This document shows positions 12,066 through 24,068 of a stretch of 64,000 nt of DNA, in pieces. The notes under the pieces were generated by a model. The model saw only the letters and a list, made by a program, of their open reading frames with translations, ran no database searches and was not told the origin of the DNA. The stretch is taken from NCBI GenBank assembly GCA_951406725.2, contig OX597832.1:6448001-6512000 (forward strand). Reading direction: 5' to 3'. This DNA is from Octopus vulgaris (lineage: Eukaryota). The position numbers and the translations under genes are program-made. Every line of letters begins with the position of its first letter. The stretch's first letter is position 1.

Positions 12066-13352
12066 GGATCTCTCAGTTTGGCTCACTGATTTTTTTAATT
12101 ACTTTTTTTAACTAAACAATTTGAAACTTCATATACTGGTGTAATTTCTCACACTGAACACGGTTTACTTTCAACATTTTTGACAAAATTTCGTATTTTA
12201 GAATTTATTTCGTATTAAAGCTGTCATATTTGGGTAATTTTAACCAATCAACAATGGTTGATTGGTTAAAATTATGGGGTTACCCTGGGTTTCTCGCTTA
12301 TAAGTGGTTTAGCCTTGCGAGGTATCTTCAAATCCCAAACACTGCTGGCCTGAGATCTCTTCAAAATATGGAGTGGTGGGGGAGGGACCTTGGTGCTAAT
12401 ATAGTATGCGGTCTACTACGTTGTCAAACAGTATAGCCAGGGTTATCTACCTTAAAAACTACTTGTTATTACCTCACCTTTCCACTTGCGATTTACCTTA
12501 CATTGAAATGTTGCTGAAAGATTTTTATACATGTGTCATTTGGACGGAAGAAACAGCAGTCACATTTTTAAAAGATTTCAATCTGCTGGATGCACAAGAA
12601 GAAGCAGATCCCTGCCATCGATGCGGTGCTATCATGCAGGAAAAAACGACAGCGTGACAGAGGCGGACAATTCAGGCCTGTACTTCGTTGTCCTCGAAAG
12701 AGATGTCAAACTTTATGTTCAGTTCGTAATGGAAACCAATTTTCCCATTATACGGACATTAGCAACAAATTGAAATGCAAGCTGAGTCTGAGTGAGATTT
12801 TAGAACTAATATTTTTCTCTTGTCATGGATATACCCATAACCACAGCAGTGACTCTAACAGGAAAATCTAAAAATACAAAAACTGACTGGTACAATATGT
12901 GCCGCGGGATGTGTGGGGTCATAGTTCATCATAAACGACGAGGGAAGTTGGTTGGAACAAACGATAACCCCATTCAGATCGACGAACCAAGATTTGCTGG
13001 TCGATGAAAGTACAATCGGAGAAGAATGCTGAATGGCGACAACGTTCCTCTCTTTGAAGACAGTGATGCTGAACAACGAAACGACAGGAACCTTGAACAT
13101 AGAATTGATGGGTTGTGGGTTTTTAGTCTCAAACAGAGCTCAGCCCGTCGATACTTTTGTGTGGTACGGCGTAACGGGAACAGTCTGATCCCAATTATTG
13201 AGAGAAACTGTGGAAAGTGTTCAGCAATTCATTCAGATGAGTGGCCCGCTTATAATAATTTAAATACCTTAGGTTATCACCATCTGACAGTGAACCATCA
13301 ACGACATTATGTGGATCCAGTGATCGGAACATACACTCAGGCCATTGAAATA
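12066..13352 (+). mobile_element. Merlin (IS1016/ISXO2-like DDE) transposon, pseudogenised transposase with left TIR
   Basis: GGATC start shared with the MITEs at 17939 and 19526. CHRC..CPRKRC zinc motif, IQIDE..F...KYNR, IHSDEWPAYNNL, TVNH...VDP..GTYTQAIE. Stops and frameshifts present. Confidence 0.85.
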
Positions 13353-13639
13353 TCTGAAAATATTGGCGATAAAATGAGTTTCCGAATTTTGTTTCCTGAC
13401 TGGGTGAAAATGATCAAACTTTAAACCTCTATAGCTTTCCAAAAATATTTTTTCTGGAAAAAGCGAAATGACTCCAGCTTGGAAAAGTATATTATTGCAC
13501 CAAATTTTAAAATTTTCGATAAACTTGAATCTTTGAAATGCTGGCAGCCAAACCAACTAGATCCTTGTTATTTTTAATGTTCAACTTTTAATGCTTGATT
13601 TTATTCTGTGTGTCTGTGTGTGTGTGTGTGTGTGTGTTG

Positions 13640-14275
13640 TGTAGTTAAGAAATTCTTTTCGCAAGTGCGCATTTTCTGTATCTTCGGCATATCAATCTCC
13701 TGGAAACTGTTCAGAAACATACAACCAGATGAATACTCGCCCTCAAGCATCTGCCATACTCTGAACGTCTTGCTTCCCTACCATAGACTCATTATAGCTC
13801 CGACATCAGGCAACTGACTTGGTAGACACCCACAAGATTAGCCACCATGTTTCCAATAACCTTGGCACCTTTTTGAATTCCATATGTCTAACACTCATGG
13901 ACATGCTTACAAATTCGAAAACAACACAGCACTCGTGACTTTTGGAAACATTTTTTTCACACTCTGAAACATGGAATAGATTACTTCCATCAGTTGTTAG
14001 CTGTCGAGACACTACATCCTTCAAAATTTCCATGCTTCCTGAAATTCACCAACAGTACACCTGATGCCCCCCACACACACTTCTGTTTCTTCTTGCTTCT
14101 TTTTAAGACTTTCACTGTTCACTTCCTGTGCATATTCAAAGTAATGTTCATGCAGTTTCGGTTATTTTTTTCTGGTGAGTTGTAGTGCACCTGAGCACTG
14201 TATACAATAAGTTCGATATTTCGTTTTCGTATCTGGTTTGCATCTCTCTTGACACAACGGAGTTCATTATTATTA
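13640..14275 (+). mobile_element. CR1/L2-like LINE 3' end
   Basis: FFSH..WNRLPSSVV-type terminal peptide, then gcacctgagcactgtatacaataa and an (att)n tail. Second copy at 46520-46870. Confidence 0.65.
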
Positions 14276-14489
14276 TATATATTCTGCTTTAGTCTCAACT
14301 GAATAAAAAAATTTTTGTGTGAAATTTGGTGGAGAAAACTTATCATTAACACTTTATAATTTAGGTGACACTAAAGTCGGACGTTAACTATAATCACTAA
14401 CACAAACTAAACAATATATATATAATGTGCACATACGCACGTTTACATATAGATAGAAATATATTATCGACGTATACAGTATTATATAT

Positions 14490-14596
14490 CCATTACGGCT
14501 GATCTTACCTATCGGTTTCGCGTTAGGGATTCAACGAAGTATTCAGTAACAATCCAATCATATAACCCTGCGCTCATCAGAGGCAGCCGATATGGA
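14490..14596 (-). ncRNA. Type I hammerhead ribozyme, intact core
   Basis: Minus strand reads cggctgcct-CTGATGA-gcgcagggtt...aatccctaacgc-GAAA-cc-gata-gg-TA-agatcagccg. All three stems can form and the cleavage triplet is GUA. Adjacent to a Penelope RT fragment. Confidence 0.75.
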
Positions 14597-14899
14597 ATGA
14601 AATATGGCGACTGCTCTTTAGAAATGTGTGTGTGAATGTGTTTGTTTGTACACTCAGAGAAAGACAGATATTCGTATATTTAGATATCTGTATTTGTTAT
14701 GGATGTATGTATGCACGTATGTGTGTTTATACACACACGCGCACGCTCACACATACACACGGTTTTGTGTTCAATCCCGCTACGTGACACCTTGAACAAG
14801 TGTTTTCTATAGCTTCCGGCCGACGAAAGCCTTGTAGATTTCGTTGCCGGAAACTGAAAGAAGCCAGTTGTAAATCGTCAGATAGGACCATTCTCTTTT

Positions 14900-15400
14900 C
14901 TGATAAAACTTAATATTTATATAAAGTAAGTAACGACACACACGCACAGCTTCTTAACAACGACGTTATACAGGCGTACAGGAGGGCTACCCGCCAGGCG
15001 TACGATAGTATTAACCAAAACGCCAGAGATATAGCATTTAAACTAGGCATAGAAAATAGGATAGAGACGCTGGCGAAGAAAGAGAACTTCATAACGATCA
15101 AGGATCATAAACGAAATTTTGCCTCTACCCTAAATGCAGGCTGACAAACCTTGAGAAGTCTGAAATCGGACAGGTGAGCAAACGGCTCATGAGGAAGATC
15201 AGTAACGACATTAGAAATGCCTCTGACCTCGCCCATGGTTTAAGGCCTATAGAGGTAGGGTTATAGCTAGGTTTACCCAATTTGATATAGCAGATTTCTA
15301 GCCATCTATATGAAAGGAGCTCCTGTTAAAAGCACTGGACTTCGTTCGGTAGGGCCTACATTGAAGTCAGCGATGCCAAAAAGAACATCACTCTTCAGCC
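14900..15400 (+). mobile_element. Penelope-like element RT fragment
   Basis: FITIKDHK, PKCRLTN..KSEIGQVSK and FTQFDIADF*PSI motifs. Confidence 0.75.
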
Positions 15401-16197
15401 AAACCTACTATGGGCTAAATCGTAATGGATTTCTTATTTACAATTCAGGATGATACAAGGGAGGTAATTCAGATACTGTATATGTGATGAGTGAAGATAG
15501 TGTTGTCTCCCTTGTGGGAACTCAACTTTTTTTTTTGTTTCCTTTGCCCTTGGTAAGTTACTTCATTGTATGTAATCTTTACGCTATGGAATTCGTTAAA
15601 TACTCTCTGTATCCCGTCAGTCGTTGTAGACAACGCTTATATTTTTACTTTGGAAAATTTACAAATATATTTCAGGTGAATCTAATGGAATCTGTCGACT
15701 GTACAGTCCACATCACCTGTACACCACGTACCTCCACCATTTCCCTGCACAAGATGCATAACGCCAACTTCCCAAGTCCTTCCTGTATTTAGACAATACA
15801 TGTGTATGTGTCCACCACCACTCCTTGGCAACAGGTGTTGGTTTCTCTATGTCGCCGTAACGTAGTGATTTGGCAAAAGAAAACGATAGAATAAGTACTG
15901 GCATTGATGTGCTCACCTGAACTCTCCAAGGCAGTGCCCCGACATGACTACAGTGCAATGACTGAAGCAAGTAAAAATTAAAAGATGTATTTGCTTAAGT
16001 GTGTTTACCATGTTTTAAATTTAAACAATTTCATTTAAAAGTAATTGTTCAGTTTGAGCGTAACTTCGGTATATGTACCGGATACATTTTAAGAAAGTGG
16101 TTTTTTTTTTTATATGGGGGGTTAGGGGGGGAGAAAAAGGTTTGTGATCTTCAGAAATGTAAACAAAGCCACTTCCGGTACTTACGGTACCTATACC

Positions 16198-16412
16198 TAT
16201 TTCTTTACTACCCACAAGGGGCTAAACACAGAGAGGACAAACAAACGGATTAAGTCGATTATATCGACCCCAGTGCGTAACTGGTCCTTAATTTATCGAC
16301 CCCGAAAGGATGAAAGGAAAAGTCGGCCTCAGCGGAATTTGAACTCGGAACGTAGCGGCAGACGAAATACGGCTACGCATTTCGCCCGGCGTGCTAACGT
16401 TTCTGCTAGCTC
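16198..16412 (-). mobile_element. Meta-domain SINE, young copy
   Basis: tRNA-like head with B box gagttcaaattcc, core cctttcatcctttcggggtcgataaatt, and tail ccccttgtgggtagtaaagaaatagg. Confidence 0.8.
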
Positions 16413-16613
16413 GACCGAAGGATCGCCAATCATGGCACTGCAAGCGTAGTAATAGGAGCAAATCTGTTCGTTTCCGTTCAGTATTTATGTTGTGTAAAAA
16501 GTTTAACTTATCTCCCCCTTAATTTTTATTTACTTTTTTTTATATAACCAAACTGAACAATTACCTCATTTTAATTGTAATTTCCTTTTTGAGATAGAGT
16601 GAAGTAGAAAATT

Positions 16614-16980
16614 GTGGCTGTGTGTAAGATAATTACTTCCCAACTACATGGTTCCAGGTTCAGTCTCACTGCATGACACCTTGGGCAAGTGTCTAGCCTT
16701 GGGTCAATCAAAACCTTGTGAGTGGCTTTGGTAGACAGAAACTGAAAGAAGACCATTATATATATATACATATCTGTGTGTGTGTTATTGCGTCTGTGTT
16801 TGTCCCCCAACTCAGCTTTACGGTCCCATGACAATGCAGTTTGGCAAAAGAGACTGATAAAATAAGTACCAGGCTTTTAAAAAATAAGTACTGAAGTCGA
16901 TGCATTCGACCAAATGTTTGTCAATGTGGTGCCCCAGAATGGCCACAGTCATGACTGAAACAAGTAAAAGATAAAGAATT
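16614..16980 (+). mobile_element. CORE-type SINE
   Basis: Same head, core and tail as the copy at 11703. Confidence 0.75.
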
Positions 16981-17463
16981 AAAGATTTGGAGACCATTCT
17001 TTGTAGGTTGTGTGGCAAACGAGATGCTTGTATATATTTGCGTGCATGTATCGAAGACATTGAATCCATATGAAGGACACATATGTGTGTGTGTGTGTGT
17101 TTGTATACAACCTTCAACAGAGTAACAGTCGTGTATACAACTTGAACAGGCACACATATCAGTGCATAAACATACATACACTTGTACACACACACACAGA
17201 TACGTCTACACACTTACATACCTAAATACTCGCATACATACATATGTACATACACACATACATTCATACATGCATATAGGCATGCACCCATGCATACGCA
17301 CATTTTTCTAAGAATAATTATCTTTTAAAGTTTATCATTATATTATTGCTATGCCAAATCCAGGTACTACTAGCGAAGAGTGGACCCGGTGCGCGCACAC
17401 GCGCAGTCGCGCGTCCGAGCTAGCTAGTCGAAAGTAGTCGATCCTACAACGACTTGCGCGTAT

Positions 17464-17526
17464 GCAAATGAGTTGATTGGCAAATGAGATGATTGGCAAA
17501 TGAGTTGATTGGCAAATGAGTTGATT
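17464..17526 (+). repeat. Four 16-bp tandem units gcaaatgagttgattg
   Basis: Read directly. The first unit completes ATGCAAAT and each junction forms GATTGG (reverse CCAAT). Confidence 0.9.
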
Positions 17527-17842
17527 TTACAGAATAAGATAAAAGAATTTTTTAAAGAAAGTAAATAAATTATTTCTTAGAACAATGTATATGATTTTTT
17601 TACACAAATCAAATAAAATGTATATATTCTTTTAGTTTTTATATTCTTTAGTTTTTAATCATGTGTGTGTATACACACCGATACAAATAGATATGTATGT
17701 ATGTGTGTATATATATATATATGTGTGTGTGTGTGTGAGAGAGAGAGAGTAAGAGAGAAGAAACAAAATATCCTTAAAGATGATAAGGAATGGAAAGTTG
17801 ATATCGATTGATGGATTTGATAACTGAAAGACGGCGATCTTA

Positions 17843-18953
17843 CGGTAAAAGTTCCTGTGTACTTTCTGAAGTACCGGGTACATTTCAAAAAAGTGTCTTT
17901 TTTATATATATGGGGGGGGGTAGGGGGTGGGAGAAAAGGGATCTTTTCCTTTTGAACGGCAGTTTTCAACACAATTTTTAGTTAACTAAACACTTTTAAA
18001 CTTCGTATACTGGTAGAATGTGTCAAAAAACATTTTTTTTCTCTTGGCTTTCTTGAGAAAATTGTAATTTATAAGTTTAACGTAGTTTAATTTTTCGAAT
18101 TTTAACCAATCGATTGCCTCTATTGAGCTAAAATCATTTGCTGCGTCTAAAACTGAGACAACATCCTGTCCCTAACCCTCAACCTAACCCTAACCCTAAA
18201 TTTTAGCATTTCGTTTTTTTTTTCTTAATTGTTAAATTAATTTAATTGTTACGCGTGTGTCTAAAATTATTCGTTTTGTTTTTGTTTTTAGTTTTTGCTT
18301 TCGTTTTTTTTTTTCTTAATTGTTAAATTAATTTAAGGATAACAATTAAAAAAAAAACGAAAGCAATGGAAAATAATTTTAATTTAACAATTAAGAAAAA
18401 AAAACCAAAGCAAAAACTCAAAATAAAAATAAAACGAATAATTTTAGACACGCGTAACAATTAAATTAATTTAACAATTAAGAAAAAAAAAACGAAAGGC
18501 TAAAATTTAGGGTTAGGGAGGGTTAGTGACAGGATGTTGTCTCAGTTTTAGATGCAGCAAATGATTTTAGCTCAATAGAGGCAATCGATTGGTTAAAATT
18601 CGAAAAATTAAACTACGTTAAACTTACAAATTACAATTTTCTCAAGAAAGCCAAGAGAGAAAAATGTTTTATTTTGACACATTCTACCAGTAGACGAAGT
18701 TTAAAAGTGTTTAGTTAACTAGAAATTGTGTTGAAAACTGCCGTTCAAAAGGAAAAGATCAGAGAAAAGGGTTTCTGTTATCTTCAGAAATGTAAACAAA
18801 GTCACGTGTGTACATATACCGAAGCATCGCCACATACCCTAACCCTAACCCTAACACAAATCCTAACCCTAACAGAAACCCTAACATATATAAAAAAAAA
18901 ACACTTTTTTGAAATGTATCTGGTACTTCCGGAAGTACACCAGTACTTATACC
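17843..18953. mobile_element. Small TIR element with (CCCTAA)-like repeats, interrupted by a Merlin MITE
   Basis: Imperfect TIRs ggtaaaagttcctgtgtactttctgaagtacc / ggtacttccggaagtacaccagtacttatacc. A related copy without this insertion at about 16060-16200 shows the empty site gagaaaaaggttt. Confidence 0.6.
17939..18761. mobile_element. Merlin-type foldback MITE with about 400-bp arms
   Basis: Termini ggatcttttccttttgaacggcag / ctgccgttcaaaaggaaaagatca. 8-bp TSD gagaaaag at 17931-17938 and 18762-18769. Confidence 0.85.
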
Positions 18954-19525
18954 ATAACATTGGCAGAAAGACTATAGATAAACTCTATCTCCTCAGAAAA
19001 ATTGCTAATAAAAACATTTTTAAAGGTTTTACTTCATTCTGATGTAAAATCGTCTTTGCTGTCGCTAATCGCTGCATTGTTTCTTCAGAATCGCTACTTT
19101 CATTTTCAGATACAGAAATATCCTATTCATTATTGTACACCATGTGCTTTTGTACCTCATTCATTCTTTTTCTCGATATCTCCCTATTTTCCGTTGAAAA
19201 AGCTTTAAATTCAGAATCAATGCTTGATAACATGAAACTCCTATTCATTTTCAATGTTGAAGAAAAATCGATGCCAAAAAAATGTGGAAAAAAATCTCCC
19301 AAAATTTAGTTCAGATATCACGTCAAGCAATGTCAGATACTCTAACTCGACTATTAACAAAGGGAAATCACATATTTTCACAAATGTACTAATGAGATTT
19401 ATGCTTAAATTCACATTTAAATAACAATGGGTACTCTCGGCTGGCTACGGCTGGGTTGGTCTTATGAACCAAAAAATTTTTCAGCCGCCTACGGCCAGAT
19501 TAGTATCTAGGGGGTTAACAATGTT

Positions 19526-20485
19526 GGATCTTTTCACTTTGACCGGCAGATTTAAAAAATAATTTTTTGTAACTAAACACTTTTAAACTTCGTATACTGG
19601 TAGAATGTATCACATAAAACGTCTTTTACTCTTGGTGTTCTTGAGAAAATTCTGTAGTTTGCAAGCTATTTGTTGTTAAATTTCTCGTATTTTGGCAATT
19701 TCAACCAATCAATAACGTCTATTGAGGTGAATATAATCACTGCTGTTGTTTGTCAACAGGAAGTTACGGCGGATTTAAAAAATAATTTTTTGTAACTAAA
19801 CACTTTTAAACTTCATATACTTGTAGAATGTGTCACATAAAACATCTTTTTCTCTTGGCGTTCTTGAGAAAATTCTGTAGTTTGTAAGCTATTTGTTAAC
19901 TGGATTCCACATCGTCTTCCTATTATTTCTCTAATAGCTTTCTGTATGGTGTTCCCTGTTCTTATAATGAGCTCCCTGCTTATAAACCGTGTTGTGGACC
20001 TATTTTTCACAAAATCTCCCACCATTTTTCTCCACCTCCATTTCGTTAGTTTTAATATCAACCAACGATTAATATTTCTTAGAGATTTCAGATCTTTTCC
20101 CTGCTACATAAGACAGAGAACGGACTAACCGCACATCTAACTCTAATATCGCCACCACCATCACCACCACAACTACCAGCACTATAACCACCCCCTCTAC
20201 AGCAACACGAATTAGACTACTCTGTCTATATTTACTGTAACACATAGACTATATTTACTATTTCCTCTATGTTAACAGCCATTGTTAGAACACTTCAACA
20301 AAATTTTAATGTTATTCGCCTAATAATAATAAATATGTATTTATCGATAACAGCTAATTTTTTATTTATTTAGTTAACAATCAATTTTCTATCTGCTGTA
20401 GTTATTGAGTTGCACACGGAAAAGATGTCGTTTGATCCTTCATACAAATTATTTTTTAAATCTGCCGGTCAAAGTGAAAAGATCC
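19526..20485. mobile_element. Merlin-type non-autonomous element
   Basis: TIRs ggatcttttcactttgaccggcagatttaaaaaataattt and its reverse complement. Perfect 8-bp TSD acaatgtt at 19518-19525 and 20486-20493. Confidence 0.9.
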
Positions 20486-20761
20486 ACAATGTTTTATTTT
20501 ATTGACCCCAGCCCCTTGGTATCAGTGAAGTTTGAACTCAAACCTAAAGGTCCGCCACTAACACTACAGGAAACTTGTCTGCTGTCCTAACCATTCTACC
20601 AATCTACAATCTGTTTTCCACAATGTTTTCTATTTATTTTCTTTTAGTTAATCTGCAGTCACAACCACATCACCCAGAATTGCAAGTTAGAGATAACAGA
20701 GTGAGGATCACACTTTCAAATTATGTAATTTATTGAATTTTATTTTTACTTTTTTCCCTTG

Positions 20762-20839
<78 letters not shown>

Positions 20840-21168
20840 GTAAAGAGATCTCTGTCTTTTATAAACTTAGACAGGTCATTTTTTGTTTAATGAATTAATT
20901 TTTCGCCCATCTTATTTGCATTTTATTTGTTCTTTTACTTATGCCATATATTTCTTTTCCTGTCTCTTCATAATTAGAGAGATGATTGCTTTCATTTTTA
21001 ACAAACACTGTTTGATACTCTGTAATTAAAAATCAAAAATGTCCATCCTTATAATGATCAATTAATTAACTGCTTATAACAATCGATTAATTAACTAGTT
21101 TACATTAACTGCTAACATTCAACACTTTCATCACTGGTTAGACCAAAAAATGACAAAATACATATCCA

Positions 21169-22325
21169 CATTATCTGTCCACATTGACATGAATATGATG
21201 AATAGGAGATCACTCATGTCCAGGAGAGGCTGGCAAGTAATTTATTTATTCATTTATAAGATGCTCAAAATCCTTACAGGTACTTCTTCTCCTAGCCTGC
21301 TAACTTGCTATGGTACATCTTTCCTTATGAAATTGCATTAGGCTGATTTCTCATCTGCAATGATCTCCTTTGGCTCAGAATTAATGCTGAAGTCCTTTAG
21401 AACAGACTGAGAGTATCCGTGTGATGTTTGTGCTGTCCACTGACTGGACATCTACTAATTTGCTGTTGAAAACTGCTTCAGAAGTCAATCAATATCTGTT
21501 CTGGCATTGTGACTGAACCACTGCAGCTGAGCTCTTCATTTGCATGCATGTATCTAAGACATTGTATCCATTCACCATTAGATGGTGGTGAGAGGGACAC
21601 ATGCGCACACATGTGTGTACATATATATATATATATGTGTGTGTGTGTATACAACCTTCGACAGAGTAACAGTCATGTATACATCTTGAACAGATACACA
21701 TATCAGTACATAAACATACATACACATGTACACACACATACATCTACACACTTACATACCTAAATACTCACATACATATGTACATACACACATACATACA
21801 TCTATATAGGCATGCACCCATGCATACGCACATACATATGCACGTACATACATATATATGTGCACACATACATACATTCCTACATATACAAATGTGTCCC
21901 TCTCTCCACCATCTAATGGTGAATGGATACAATGTCTTAGATACATGCATGCAAATAAAGAGCTCAGCTGCAGTGGCTCAGTCACAATGCCATAACAGAT
22001 ATTGATTGACTTCTGAAACAGTTTTCAGCAGTAAATTAGAAGATGTCCAGTCAGTGGACAGCACAAACATCACACGGATACTCTCAGTCTGTTCTATAGG
22101 ACTTCAGCATTAATTCTGAGCCAAACGAGATCATTGCAGATGAGAAATCAGCCTAATGCAATTTCATAAGGAAAGATGTACCATTGGAAGTTAGCAGGCT
22201 AGGAGAAGAAGTACCTGTAAGGATTTTGAGCATCTTATAAATGAATAAATAAATTACTTGCCAGCCTCTCCTGGACATGAGTGATCTCCTATTCATCATA
22301 TTCATGTAAATGTGGACAGATAATG
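21169..22325. repeat. Long inverted repeat: 434-bp arms around a 289-bp spacer
   Basis: 21169-21602 is the reverse complement of 21892-22325 with few mismatches. The inner left arm and spacer have a direct homolog at about 17030-17300. Confidence 0.9.
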
Positions 22326-22874
22326 GGGATTCCATATCAAAGAACGATAATGGGGATTCCATATCAAAGGACGATAAACTGAAAAAAAGTTTCTTTTTAT
22401 ATTCCATGTGAGGTGACCAGGGTGTGTGAATACAAGAATTATGGAATGGAGTAGGTAAGATCCGAGCTACATATTTTTCATAGCAGGTGGAACCTCAGAA
22501 GTGGTAAAAATCCAAGTAAAGTGTATACCACCAGCTAATCTTCAGACCCAGGAAGGTTACATTGTTGCAAGGATGTACATGTTGACACATGGAAGATTCA
22601 GTCAGAATGCCTGTTTAACATTTAATAATATTGACTCGCTTTTCAGTAGGTTTAAGCTAGGTCTTTGAAATAAAATATTTCAAAGAATGCTTGATACAGG
22701 AAAAAAGAGGTAATTTGTCATAATATATCACATTCATATATTGAGATGATATAATATGTCTTGAGTGAGCTTGTGTGATTATATTATATTTTATTATATC
22801 AATAATTTCTCTATGAAATGAGATTCAAATATTTATTTATCTGCAGATTTGGGAACTGATCACATCTTGTTACT

Positions 22875-24068
22875 ATGGAAGACAAATTCTGTGATGTTAA
22901 AACTGATTATCCCTTAGATTTGAAAAATTTTAAAAACAAGCAACTACTTTTCATATATGCTTCTGGAACTCATTATGACATTGGTTATACAATTGGAGGA
23001 CAATTCAGTAAACAGATAACCAATTTTTGTGCCCAATTCCCAGAACTGAAATCTTCCTTACTTCCTTATTACAACTGTCGTGAAGGAAGATCCATCTATG
23101 AGGGTTTCTTGGCATCTTGTAATGCAGCATTTCCTCAATATGTTGAAGAAATTAAAGGAATGTCTGATGGATCAGGTGTGGCTTTTGAACATCTTTTCCT
23201 TTTAAATTGCTTAAATGAGATGATAACATTTTCAAAGAAATGCACTGATATTGATGATACTACAGGCTGTACATCTGTATTTATTAATAGACCTGATTTA
23301 AAAATATTGGCCCACAATGAAGATCATAGTCCTTATATGGAAGCAAATGCCTATATTGCCTGTTCTAAGATTGATGATAACCTTGTAAAGAAGAATGTCG
23401 TTCAAGAAGACCGGGAATATATTACAGCCTATTGTTACCCAGGTTTCCTACTTGGAGGGACTTTTGGTTTCAATAACCATGGAATGATTTTTACGTGCAA
23501 TGGTCTTTATCCAACAGAGGCACATAGAGAATGCATTCCAAGACGATTCGTTGACAGAAGTCTTTTGGGTGCATCCAGTGTTACACAAGCTGTCAAGATT
23601 CTAGAGAACAACAAACATGGTATGGCTTATGGAGTGTGTTGTAATATGGCATCAGTGAAAGACAAAGATAATATGTGGGCTCTTGAAGTAGGACCCAAAC
23701 ATCAACATTACCTTCATACAATTCCACAACAGAATGATCCAAACAAAGATTGTCATTATATTCATGTCAATTTTGCCAAGTATCTGGAAATTGAAGAAAT
23801 ACCTGCTGTTAGGTTCGGCAGCACAATGAACCGTTATAAGCGTGCAACTAGCTTACCTCCTCCACGTTCTGTTTCTGACATTTGTAACATCCTTGGTGAC
23901 ACAGAATGCAAAGAATATCCAATTTACCGAACTCCAAGACCCACAGATCGTTCCCTAACTCTATCGACAGCAGTTTTTAACATTTTGGAAAACAAAGTTG
24001 ATATCCATTTAAATAACACCAAAGATGACAAAACACCAGCATTTACTTTGCCCCTAAATATGTTGTAA
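22875..24068 (+). CDS. Peptidase C45 Ntn-hydrolase, Tan-like beta-alanyl-amine hydrolase (acyl-CoA:6-APA acyltransferase family), paralog 1
   Basis: Intact 397-aa ORF with GTHYDIG, FPQYVEEIKGMSDG, autoprocessing site G131-C132, AHNED, YCYPG.L.G..FGFN.HG and YPIYR. Splice acceptor tgcag at 22846; candidate donor AG|GTAAGA at 22455. Confidence 0.9.
   Translation: MEDKFCDVKTDYPLDLKNFKNKQLLFIYASGTHYDIGYTIGGQFSKQITNFCAQFPELKSSLLPYYNCREGRSIYEGFLASCNAAFPQYVEEIKGMSDGSGVAFEHLFLLNCLNEMITFSKKCTDIDDTTGCTSVFINRPDLKILAHNEDHSPYMEANAYIACSKIDDNLVKKNVVQEDREYITAYCYPGFLLGGTFGFNNHGMIFTCNGLYPTEAHRECIPRRFVDRSLLGASSVTQAVKILENNKHGMAYGVCCNMASVKDKDNMWALEVGPKHQHYLHTIPQQNDPNKDCHYIHVNFAKYLEIEEIPAVRFGSTMNRYKRATSLPPPRSVSDICNILGDTECKEYPIYRTPRPTDRSLTLSTAVFNILENKVDIHLNNTKDDKTPAFTLPLNML

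Noticed and set aside
16300-16412. tRNA genes at SINE heads
   Set aside because: A/B-box-like heads run directly into SINE cores and no full cloverleaf is evident.
17464-17526. CRISPR-like array
   Set aside because: Contiguous tandem units with no unique spacers, in eukaryotic DNA.
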